Shown piece after piece: positions 36,701 to 44,100 of a DNA stretch of 64,000 bases. Location of the stretch: assembly GCA_964016885.1 (NCBI GenBank), contig OZ024741.1:190340001-190404000 (forward strand), written 5' to 3'. This DNA comes from Eledone cirrhosa. Taxonomy: Eukaryota. The notes beneath the pieces are model-generated. The model was given only the letters and a program-made list of their open reading frames with translations, was not told the DNA's origin and searched no databases. A program made the position numbers and the translations under genes. How positions within the stretch are numbered: the first letter of the stretch is position 1; each line of letters begins with the position of its first letter.

Positions 36701-39185
36701 TGTCAAAGTGATCAATCTAGCTCATTACATTCCATATTTGGCATAGTTTCAAGAGATGGATGCCTTAAGGGAAACGTTTTTCAAGACACCAGAAGTTTAC
36801 ATTTTACATGGTGTACTGGGTACATTTTTATTATGGCACAAGCACTAGAGGTTGCAACATGCTAGGTCAGACTAAAGGGTCCACCCAAACCCTACATTAT
36901 CTGTTTGATTGCCAATCATTGGAGCCTTTGATATTTCACCGCATTTACTTTTTCCCCCATGTCTTCCTTTGTCTACTTCCACAAGTTCCATCCACCTGAA
37001 GTGTTCGGTACTTTATTTTATAAAACTATTGCTCTCTTTATGCATCCCATACACATACAAGTGCAATCATCTCTCTTGCACACTATATTCAATTTTTCTT
37101 ATACTCAAATTCCTTGTTTATGCAGACTAGCATTACATAGCCAGCGAAACATGCATGCATCATATTTTTTTAGTCACTGTAAATCTTCTGCACTCAAGGC
37201 TCATGTCATTTTGCCATGCAGCATTGTAATTTGAACACATGCATCATATAATATGCCCTTCACTCAGAGAGAAGCCCTTCGTTGCCAGTAGAAGTAACAG
37301 CTCCCACCCATTTCTCACTCTGGCTATATCATTTTCGGTACATCCACCTTCATTACTAGTTGGGTCACCTAGATAGCAAATGCCTTCTAACACTTCCTGC
37401 GAACCTTCTGAACATTTGAGAGCTTATTTCTTGAGTACTCTTACTGTTGACTCTTCTTGTGCATCTGTCACATATAAAGTCTAACCTCCCTATGATCCCA
37501 CGACATCTCTTGTGTAGCCAGCCTACACTGGGTACACTATATGGAATTCCTAGCTATTCTTTTTCTACACATTGAGCATTGCCATTTCCCCAATGTTAAC
37601 AGTCTTATCTTTTTTCTTACTTTGAGGACCTTTGATTCTAGATTTTGCGTCCATGTCTGGAACTTCATCTCTAGTTCGATTCTTTTGGGTAAGATGGCTA
37701 GATCATTAGCATATAGGATCTCCCATAGACAATCAATCTTGAATTCTTTTATGGCTTAGAGGACTATCATAAACAGGAAGCGAACTGAGCTTTAGTGGCT
37801 TCCCACTTGCACACTGAACTCATCACTGTACTTATTGTTAACTCTGACCTTACTACTTTCACCTCTGTACAGTCCTCACGCGCTATTCTCCAATCACTAG
37901 CTTAATTGCACATCAAAATACAGAGTGTGGGATTCTATCACACGCCTTTTCTAGGTCAACAAATGTTAAGTATAATGGCTTATTTTTAGCTAAATACTTC
38001 TGCAGTTGCCTCACCAAGAAGATGGCATCAGTAGTGCTTATCTCTGGCACAAAGCCAAACTGCATCTTATCAAGGTTTTTGTCCCTATCAATTTTGCAAT
38101 CACTCTTTTTGTAACCTCCATAACCTTATCCAACAATTTGATGCCTCTCTACATCTCCGTTATCCTTGTAGTAGTTGACATTGATGCTGTTACACCAGTC
38201 ATTGGGTATGACACTGACTTGTACTACCTGATACACTAAACGAGTGACTAATATGTGTCCAGTTTAACTATCTCAGCGACAATCTCTGCCTTAATAATAA
38301 AGTAGAAAACACTGATGAGGAAGAAATATTTTTTTCCAATATTGTGTTAAAACTCAGTTGTATAAAAAGAAATATAATTGTTTCTACTTTTGGCACAAGG
38401 CCAGCAATTATCTGTGATTGTAATAAGTAGCTCATACTGTATATAAACAAACTTGATTGTATCATTTACATTATGGTCGTTAAACCACATTGGCGACTTA
38501 AAAGCATGGAATTTCGTATTAAAGGACTTTAAGCTTGATGAGTGCTCAGAAGCACGAAACTCTAGTCTTTTGAGTCACTGTTGTAACTTTACGGTTATAA
38601 TAAAGTACAAGACGCAAGTTGACACGAGTATGTACGACTCTACTCATGTATTGAATTTTGTTTCGCTCGTTGGTGCAACAAAATAATATTTATATATATG
38701 AGTGGAAGGATATATATATATATATATATCGTATATTAGCGCCGTCAAATATTGATTTCAGTGGTTTAAAAGTTAAAAAAAAAGTTTGCATGCCTATTCT
38801 ACTCACATGTCAAATTAAATATTACTTTATATATTAACGTGCAAATACAAGGTGGATTCTGAATAAATAAATAAATATACAGTCAGTTAGACACCAAAGT
38901 TAGAAACTACACAATACAAACGTTCTCGAACACATATATATAATTAATAATTATATATTGCTATAACAATATAAATTTTACACAGAGAATATATTCAGAA
39001 ATAATTATGAACATTTACCGATGTTGAAGACCGACTAGACCCAAACATATAATATGGGGTACATATAAGTCGGTAGTTTTAGGTGCCTGTGGCCATTCTC
39101 CACTAGCAACACAGCCGAAAACACCGCAAGCTTCTTCTAATCCACTTTCATCAACAGGAACAAATAATTTCTCATTAGTGCACAT
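1159..39185 (-). CDS. PPAT: Amidophosphoribosyltransferase (glutamine PRPP amidotransferase), 11 coding exons, 1527 nt, 508 aa
   Basis: Manual splice: join(39019-39185,35235-35368,32092-32225,29626-29738,23971-24107,21316-21414,17955-18083,13465-13592,7280-7501,4905-5025,1159-1301). All introns GT-AG and frame continuous. Motifs: EEA-CGVFG (Ntn nucleophile Cys), [56 protein letters not shown] (PRPP loop), [17 protein letters not shown]. Confidence 0.97.
1402..2692 (+). mobile_element. Mariner (Tc1/mariner) transposon, degenerate, in PPAT intron 10
   Basis: ORF 1673..1918 resembles a mariner HTH region ([20 protein letters not shown]) and 2243..2536 has [10 protein letters not shown]. The right end AATTTTTCAGCTAACTCTCG is followed by TA; frameshifts and stops are present. 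Confidence 0.88.
4905..5025 (-). CDS. PPAT: PPAT exon 10 ([29 protein letters not shown])
   Basis: Acceptor CCCAG|G, donor G|GTAAAT, 121 nt. Confidence 0.96.
5128..7120. repeat. 30-bp minisatellite (ATCTGGTCACAGTTGAAACACTACATCTCA)n, ~60 core copies, PPAT intron 9
   Basis: Directly visible tandem array with degenerate ends; it explains all the [10 protein letters not shown] / [10 protein letters not shown] ORFs. Confidence 0.99.
7280..7501 (-). CDS. PPAT: PPAT exon 9 ([22 protein letters not shown]...[11 protein letters not shown]...GATE)
   Basis: Acceptor TTCTAG|C, donor GAA|GTAAGA, 222 nt; PRPP-binding motif. Confidence 0.96.
8208..8315 (+). ncRNA. Degenerate type I hammerhead ribozyme with extended stem II (Penelope-like terminal remnant)
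   Basis: TTTAT-CTGATGA-GCCAGTGA...(61 nt)...TCACTGGC-AAAA-CATGTG-TA-ATGAA; the GAAA core is mutated to AAAA. Confidence 0.5.
9003..9554 (-). mobile_element. Non-autonomous Helitron-like element
   Basis: On the minus strand it starts TC (9554) after A and ends CTAG (9003) before T, with a subterminal palindrome at 9003-9040 and no TSD. Confidence 0.55.
12151..12480 (-). mobile_element. tRNA-derived SINE with RTE-type 3' tail (family S1)
   Basis: Head GGAGGCACATGGCTTAGTGGTTAGAGC...GAGTTCAATTC (A/B boxes), core CCTTGAGCAAGACACTT, tail CCCACCCTTGCAAGCAGG...GGACGTAAAATG; near-identical to 29919-30263 and 31277-31615. Confidence 0.9.
12905..13442 (+). mobile_element. Older tRNA-headed SINE with (ATG)n tail; a related fragment lies inverted at ~3150-3345
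   Basis: A/B-box-like head (AATGGTTAAG...GGTTCAATCC); the central TGTACCTGTAATTCAAAGGG...CTCCCTGAGAATTGCAT segment matches the reverse complement of ~3270-3340; ends AAAATGGACATAC...GATGATGATG. Confidence 0.6.
13465..13592 (-). CDS. PPAT: PPAT exon 8 ([16 protein letters not shown]...[15 protein letters not shown])
   Basis: Acceptor TTTCAG|G, donor ATG|GTAAAT, 128 nt. Confidence 0.95.
13871..14049 (-). mobile_element. MetaSINE-like tRNA SINE (family S2)
   Basis: Contains TTGCCTTTCATCCTTACG(T/G)GGTCGATAAAATAAAGTACCAG, resembling the Meta domain. Further copies at 15080-15257, 29361-29544, 40726-40912, 40917-41104 and 50025-50136; older copies at ~3850-4200, 4490-4790, 21490-21720 and 54598-54760. 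Confidence 0.85.
14744..14951 (+). mobile_element. piggyBac-type MITE (TTAA TSD, CCCTTTAGCATTT termini)
   Basis: TTAA at 14740-14743 and 14952-14955; it interrupts a tRNA-like SINE head (GGTGTAATGCTTAA|ACATGCTTG). Related copies at ~11720-11895, 21805-22329, 22709-22907, 33188-33385 and 36230-36430. Confidence 0.8.
15651..17500 (+). mobile_element. RTE-clade LINE, 5'-truncated, intact RT ORF 15779..17194 with internal PHD-like finger
   Basis: [58 protein letters not shown]; (ATG)n tail at 17483-17500. Confidence 0.95.
17955..18083 (-). CDS. PPAT: PPAT exon 7 ([10 protein letters not shown]...[17 protein letters not shown])
   Basis: Acceptor TTAAAG|G, donor G|GTTTGG, 129 nt; contains the first Fe-S ligand Cys. 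Confidence 0.94.
18790..19775. repeat. Long imperfect inverted repeat (arms ~18810-19188 and ~19380-19773), with a third copy of the terminal segment at 19190-19266
   Basis: Blocks such as TGTCTAGCTCCAGTGCATCAATAACTTTTGGAAGTTATTGGGGG are the reverse complement of CCCCCAATAACTTCCAAAAGTTATTGACGCACTGGAGCTAGACA. Confidence 0.9.
19790..20897 (+). mobile_element. Degenerate RTE LINE with internal deletion
   Basis: [23 protein letters not shown] fragments; RTE 3' tail and (ATG)n at ~20887-20897. Confidence 0.85.
21316..21414 (-). CDS. PPAT: PPAT exon 6 ([32 protein letters not shown])
   Basis: Acceptor CCTTAG|A, donor G|GTAAGT, 99 nt. Confidence 0.93.
21939..22291 (-). mobile_element. 3' fragment of an REL-endonuclease non-LTR retrotransposon (CRE-like) inserted in a piggyBac-type MITE
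   Basis: ORF 22046..22285 [12 protein letters not shown]...[15 protein letters not shown] resembles the REL C-terminus (PxxxETxG...QRISxxIQRGNA); 10-bp TSD GTGGCTAGTT at 21929-21938 and 22292-22301. Confidence 0.7.
23600..23842. mobile_element. Second, older TTAA-ended MITE family (also ~25200-25306 + 28550-28691, 32542-32767, 35424-35622)
   Basis: Shared degenerate ~230-bp body ending (A)AAGGGTTAA; one copy is split by the RTE at 25307-28549. Confidence 0.55.
23971..24107 (-). CDS. PPAT: PPAT exon 5 ([15 protein letters not shown]...[14 protein letters not shown])
   Basis: Acceptor CTCTAG|G, donor A|GTAAGT, 137 nt. Confidence 0.95.
24284..25034 (-). mobile_element. pogo/Tigger-like DNA transposon, internally deleted
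   Basis: TIRs CCGTATTTTTC...GAAAAATACGG flanked by TA; minus-strand remnant [28 protein letters not shown]...[12 protein letters not shown] (DDE_1). Confidence 0.85.
25307..28549 (+). mobile_element. RTE-clade LINE, near full length (APE endonuclease + RT + PHD-like finger), frameshifted
   Basis: ORFs 25320..26051 ([25 protein letters not shown]), 26223..27953 (YADD) and 27959..28252; same family as 15651-17500; (ATG)n tail. Confidence 0.96.
29193..29326. mobile_element. Short hAT-type MITE
   Basis: CAGTCATGGGCAAACT...AGGTTGCCTATGCCTG termini with an imperfect 8-bp flanking repeat (TCATAGAG/TTATAGAC). Confidence 0.55.
29626..29738 (-). CDS. PPAT: PPAT exon 4 ([21 protein letters not shown]...NWITR)
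   Basis: Acceptor GACAG|T, donor AG|GTAAAT, 113 nt. Confidence 0.95.
29919..30263 (-). mobile_element. SINE family S1 copy
   Basis: Near-identical to 12151-12480; (ATG)n tail. Confidence 0.9.
31277..31615 (+). mobile_element. SINE family S1 copy, inserted in a (TA)n tract
   Basis: tRNA-like head, core, RTE tail and (ATG)n. Confidence 0.9.
31856..32058 (-). repeat. Three tandem ~70-bp tRNA-like SINE heads
   Basis: CAGGAATTGA...TTA(C/T)GAT...TCCAACA..CTAAC...ATGCC occurs three times. Confidence 0.7.
32092..32225 (-). CDS. PPAT: PPAT exon 3 (GHTRYSTAG...[23 protein letters not shown])
   Basis: Acceptor AACAG|G, donor AAG|GTAAGT, 134 nt. Confidence 0.95.
33385..33950 (+). mobile_element. RTE/RTEX-like LINE 3' fragment
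   Basis: Frameshifted peptides LEVFQM...ILGVS and [13 protein letters not shown]...LPQQLL; it abuts the truncated end of a piggyBac-type MITE. Confidence 0.7.
35235..35368 (-). CDS. PPAT: PPAT exon 2 ([12 protein letters not shown]...[10 protein letters not shown]...GNLGI)
   Basis: Acceptor TTGTAG|G, donor G|GTAATG, 134 nt; not in the ORF track, read directly from the sequence. Confidence 0.95.
36930..38250 (-). mobile_element. Highly degenerate RTE LINE
   Basis: Minus-strand remnants of [35 protein letters not shown] and CYLGD. Confidence 0.8.
38527..38574 (+). ncRNA. Degenerate minimal hammerhead ribozyme in a Penelope-like terminal remnant (~38480-38700), PPAT intron 1
   Basis: CTTTAAG-CTTGATGA-GTGCT CAGA AGCAC-GAAA-CTCTAG-TC-TTTTGAG: perfect 5-bp stem II and GUC cleavage triplet, but an extra U in the CUGAUGA core. 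Confidence 0.6.
39019..39185 (-). CDS. PPAT: PPAT coding exon 1 ([24 protein letters not shown]...GLQHR)
   Basis: ATG at 39185; propeptide followed by catalytic Cys-Gly-Val-Phe-Gly; donor CG|GTAAAT at 39019/39018. Confidence 0.93.
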
Positions 39186-39224
39186 TTCAGCTTCAGTCAC
39201 CCCCTTTGGACAAGTTCTGTGTAA

Positions 39225-39990
39225 CCTGTGTGTGTAGAAAACGCGTCTGTTTATGAAAGCAGCCTTGCTGAGATATTTTAAGTGAAAAAAAAAAAGGGAG
39301 AGAAGTTAAATGAATAAATACAAAACGGGTCCTAATTATCAGCCAAAACGCACGTGGTTTGTAACTTCCAGTGTTTGGCGGTTGACACTCTAGTCACCTT
39401 AACATACCAGACTGTCTAGCAACTTGTAGGACTGCATACGTATTACTATACGAACCGACGCGAGAGCCTCTACGTGGTAGCTCGATCTGCTAGAAATCTC
39501 CCTCAAATCACACCCTGAAAAGACTACTTTTCAAAATGATCCCAACTACAATGGTTTTGATCATAAGCCTGCTCAATCAGGTCAGACCTGGTGCTAAACT
39601 ACAACTAGTATAGATAAAACTTCAATTTTTACACGAAAGTTTTGTGTTTATTTACTTCTGTATTTAGCTTAAATGTTTCTTGTCTCTTAACTTTTTCTTT
39701 TCGATGTTGATTAATAATCATTTTCTTTCTTTGTTCTTTTTTTTGGTTGGGTGGGGGGTCATGAAAATGTCTACCAGCCTATTATTAAATGTTTATTAGC
39801 AGACATTTTAATTATTAAAATTAAAGGTATAAAATAATTATATCTAAATTGAGCAGCTAAAGAAAATAATAAAAAATCTTGTTATTTCTTTTTACTTCTA
39901 TTATACTAAATCCACCCTCTTTCCATCGCCTTACGGAAACTCGAGTTCCGGAAATTGACCTTGATTTCATTGTACGGTCTATAATTCCAA
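39225..39990 (-). promoter_or_regulatory. Putative PPAT 5'UTR/promoter region
   Basis: Locally higher CpG content; E-box CACGTG at 39351-39356; CCGGAA (ETS-like) near 39948; acceptor-like TTTCTACACACACAG|G at 39226/39225. Confidence 0.4.
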
Positions 39991-41106
39991 CCGTACAGAA
40001 ACCAAATAAATTTTAATAATTTGAAACATGCATTTTCCTCTTAACCAAAAAGCCAGATTACAATATTTTATGAGTTTTCTTTGACATTATTTTTCAATAT
40101 TCCATCACCACTGCCCCACTATTTACTACTACCACCTTTAATATAACTATTTGTTAATCAACCAACACCACTAAATGATAAAAGAAGTTTTGGGATGTGT
40201 AAAACGATCAGATCAGTTTAGACTAGGGCATTTTCATTGCATTCTCCTCGTTGCTCCTATGAAATCTGGGCTTTCAGTCAGTAGCCACTATAACCACCAC
40301 TATCATCATCATCATCATTTTTATCAGTCCTACTAATAATTGTTTCTACCTTTGGTACAAGGCCAGCAATTATCTCAGTGCATGACTGGTACTTTATTTT
40401 ATCTCGTTTTTTTTTTATTTAGACACAATGCCGACCATTTTTAGGCAGGGTTAAGACGATTTAATCGATCCCAGTGGTACTTTATTTTGTCCGACGCATC
40501 TAAATTCCACTGTCTAACAAATACCCGCTTCTATAATCTACCTTCTTATTATTGGTAGTAATAGTAGTATTAACAGCAGTAGTAGTGATAGTAGTTATGA
40601 TCGTAGCATAAACATCAGCAGCTGTAATGAAAGAGTCAAATTCATCATCGTCATCGTAGTAGCAAGAAATTAATTTTCGGAAGAAGGGAGAAAACTCAAT
40701 AACAACTTTGACGATATTTATTATAATTGTTTCTACTTTAGGCACAAGGCCAGCAAATACCCAGTGCATTACTGGTACTTTATTTTATCGACCCCGTAAG
40801 GATGAAAGGCAAAGTCAACCTCGGCGGGATTTGAACTCAAATCGTAAAGGGACATAACTATGCTGGAAAGCATGGCGTCCGACCCTCTACCGATACTGCC
40901 AATCCACCGCCTAATGATTGTTTCTACTTTTGGCACAAGACCAGCAAATTACCCAGTGCATTACTGGTACTTTATTTTATCGACCCCGTAAGGATGAAAG
41001 GCAAAGTTAACCTCGGCGGGATTTGAACTCAGAATGGCAAGGACCGTAACTCTATGCGTCAAAGCATGGCGTCCGACTCTTTACCGATACTGCCAATCCC
41101 CGCCCT

Positions 41107-41151
<45 letters not shown>

Positions 41152-44100
41152 TTCTTTATTGACCACAAGGGTTTACATAAAGTAGACATTAAGGACAGTA
41201 CAGGACGGTACAAATGGGCATTTCTGCGTGTAAAAAAAACAGAGGATGTAATAAAAATAACAATGAACAATTCCCCAATAGGGGGGAGACTTCCGAAGGA
41301 CATTTGTGGAGAAAGCCCATTAAAAGGCCACAGTGACCCTGACCACCAGGGCAAGTGCCCTCTTCCAGTTTTCCACCTTTAATTTAAAGACACATACTCA
41401 GAGTAGGCCCATTCACTCGGGCCATACTTGCTTCTCTCACCCATCTTTCAACAAAATGCTGGGAAGAGAGCACTTCCCTCTCTACCCTGATTTTCCTTTT
41501 CAAATGAAATTTGAAAAGTTAATCAGGGCATCAACGAAGAGGTAAGTGCTCGATCTCAGCCCTTTCAAACGTGTCCACCATACTATCTCTTTCGCCATGG
41601 CCACCAGACAGATAAAAACTGCCTGCCCTTCCCGGCTAAAGGAAGAGGGCGGGGAAATCCTCACGATAGACTCAGCTGATAGCTGGATCCGTCCTACACG
41701 TGACAGCAGGTGTTCGACATAAACCCACAAGTCAGCAATGCTCGGACACTGGACGAGTGCGTGCAGGACGGTTTCGTCGCCCTGCGAGCATCTCGGACAT
41801 GCCCGGCTGACGGCACCTCCATGCCTGTAGAGTTTATCCCGAACTGGCAAAGCTCCTCTGTAGCACTGCCAGGCCAGGGATTTCTGGAAGTTGTCCATAG
41901 GCTCCGGCCCGAAAGTCCTTCCGAAGAGATTGGCTAGTTGATCTTCGTCGACGCATAGAGTTTCTCCAAGTACGTCGTCGCTCTTCCCCTCCACTAATCC
42001 TCTATAGAACGCCAAGGTGGAGTTTCCACCGATCACATTGCCCGATTGGTCGAGGGCTGTGAGCGCCTGAAGACATTCCAGTCTCCAAGCGCTCCCTCTC
42101 GGTCTTCGCTTGACCCAGGACTGCAGCTCCGCCAAGGAGACGAGCTGGGGAAAGACGTGTCTAGCAAACGGCGACCACACCTGATCACCGTTGAGGAAGA
42201 GGTGGAGATGTCGTAGCCTGAGCGCGTGTCTGCTCATCATCAGCCACGGCATGCCCAGCCCTCCACGTAGCGGGTGTTGACAGCAGATGGACCGCCTGAA
42301 CATCGGAGCGCGTCCCTTCCACAAAAAGCGAAAGAGCAAACGCTCCAGCGCAGTCAGGCGGGGCTTAGGACAAGGTACGACGGTCAGGCGGTAGTAGATG
42401 ACGGACGCGATGTACGTGTAGCGGTTGTCTCCCTTGTTTTGATTGGGATCTAGACGGGAAGTGGAACCCTTTCTGCAACTTCCGGTCAGAGCCCTATAAA
42501 ACTAACAACTTTAAGCTTCCTTTCTCTCTTTGCCTTTTCGGCACCAGGTCAAGAGTCTTCTCATTTGGCTCTGCCATTAATTTGGCCAACAGGCGCCTGG
42601 CCTTAGCCAGGCGCCCTCTGCCAGCCGCGTTTGCCTGGCAATCAAAACGGTAACTACTAACTTTGTTTCATTCTAACATCTATCTTTGACATGTCAAGTA
42701 TTCTATCTACCGTTAATTAAATATTATATACACAAACCATGTCTCGTTTTGTTACATTCATACAACCAGTAATCTCGCTATATTGGTAACCCTGACGTGA
42801 TACGAACACGCAGCCGTTCATCGCTATAAGGGTCATTCTTTCATCGCTATAAGGGATATTCTTTAAAAAACATTTCAACAGGAACATTTATTTCCGATGA
42901 ACCATTGCCTTTTGTTCATCGTTCTAGTTTTTTGTTTTTTTCCAGAGTTCACACCAATAATTATGCTGAGTGAAGCCTTTCTTTTTCATCATTGTCACTT
43001 TCAAAATTGCACTGTCATTTTCTCGCGCGTTAGAAATATTTTTTTTCAACCTTGTATTGGCACGTGTAGGCAGCATAAATTCTCGATTCACTGAGATGTC
43101 TCTACTCACAGACAGCCGCACGCCAGAGATAGCATTTCTCCCCCAAGGATTCTTCAGCCTTAAGCTATATTCTTCTATTTGCCGGTTTATAAATTTACAA
43201 TGTAAATTTACAGTTGATAACCGCGCATTTATTAAGAATGCTTATTTCTCTGGTCGCTGGCCTCTTGACCCTTCCAGGTCAACGCATTCTCAACATCGAC
43301 CATCAACTTCGGCTACTATTTCTAGCACTTTGCGCAACTCATTTTTTCTAAAAAAAAATTTTTTACTGTGAATTTAAACACCGAATACGCTCACTCAGCG
43401 AGACAACAGCAGCAGCAACAGCAATACATCAATACAGCTTCACCAAAGCCAGAGAATTCATTTTTGCAGCACTCTTCCTGTGAGAAAATCCATTCGGAGG
43501 TTGGAAATTTCACGATATACCACAGAACAGAAACCACCTGCATTCATTCTCTGGAACACACTTTCTTTCCTGCTGTCATGTGATTGCACACCTGTGAACT
43601 ATATTTTGAACTTTGAGCTCTTCTATTACTTTTACTTTATTACATTGTATCTTTGGGTGATGGATAGATGGATGTCCAGTCGTTCTCTGGCCAAGAGCGG
43701 TTGGCTACCTTGATATCTATCATTGATTTTTCCAGACATTCTTTTGTCGTAATTTTCATGCCTGTTACAACATTCTCGCCAACTTGCTACATATTTTCAT
43801 TTCGATTTTTATACACTAAAATTCTGGCGGGAGGTTATGTAGCGGTTGTCTCCCTTGTTTTGTTTGGGATCTAGACGGGAAGTGGAACCCTTTCTGCAAC
43901 TTCCGGTCAGAGCCCTATAAAACTAACAACTTTAAGCTTCCTTTCTCTCTTTGCCTTTTCGGCACCAGGTCAAGAGTCTTCTCATTTGGCTCTGCCATTA
44001 ATTTGGCCAACAGGCGCCTGGCCTTAGCCAGGCGCCCTCTGCCAGCCGCGTTTGCCTGGCAATCAAAACGGTAACTACTAACTTTGTTTCATTCTAACAT

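Noticed and set aside
39186-39200. ORF-track start MTEAE for PPAT
   Set aside because: It is a GTG start from the ORF caller; the first in-frame ATG is at 39185.
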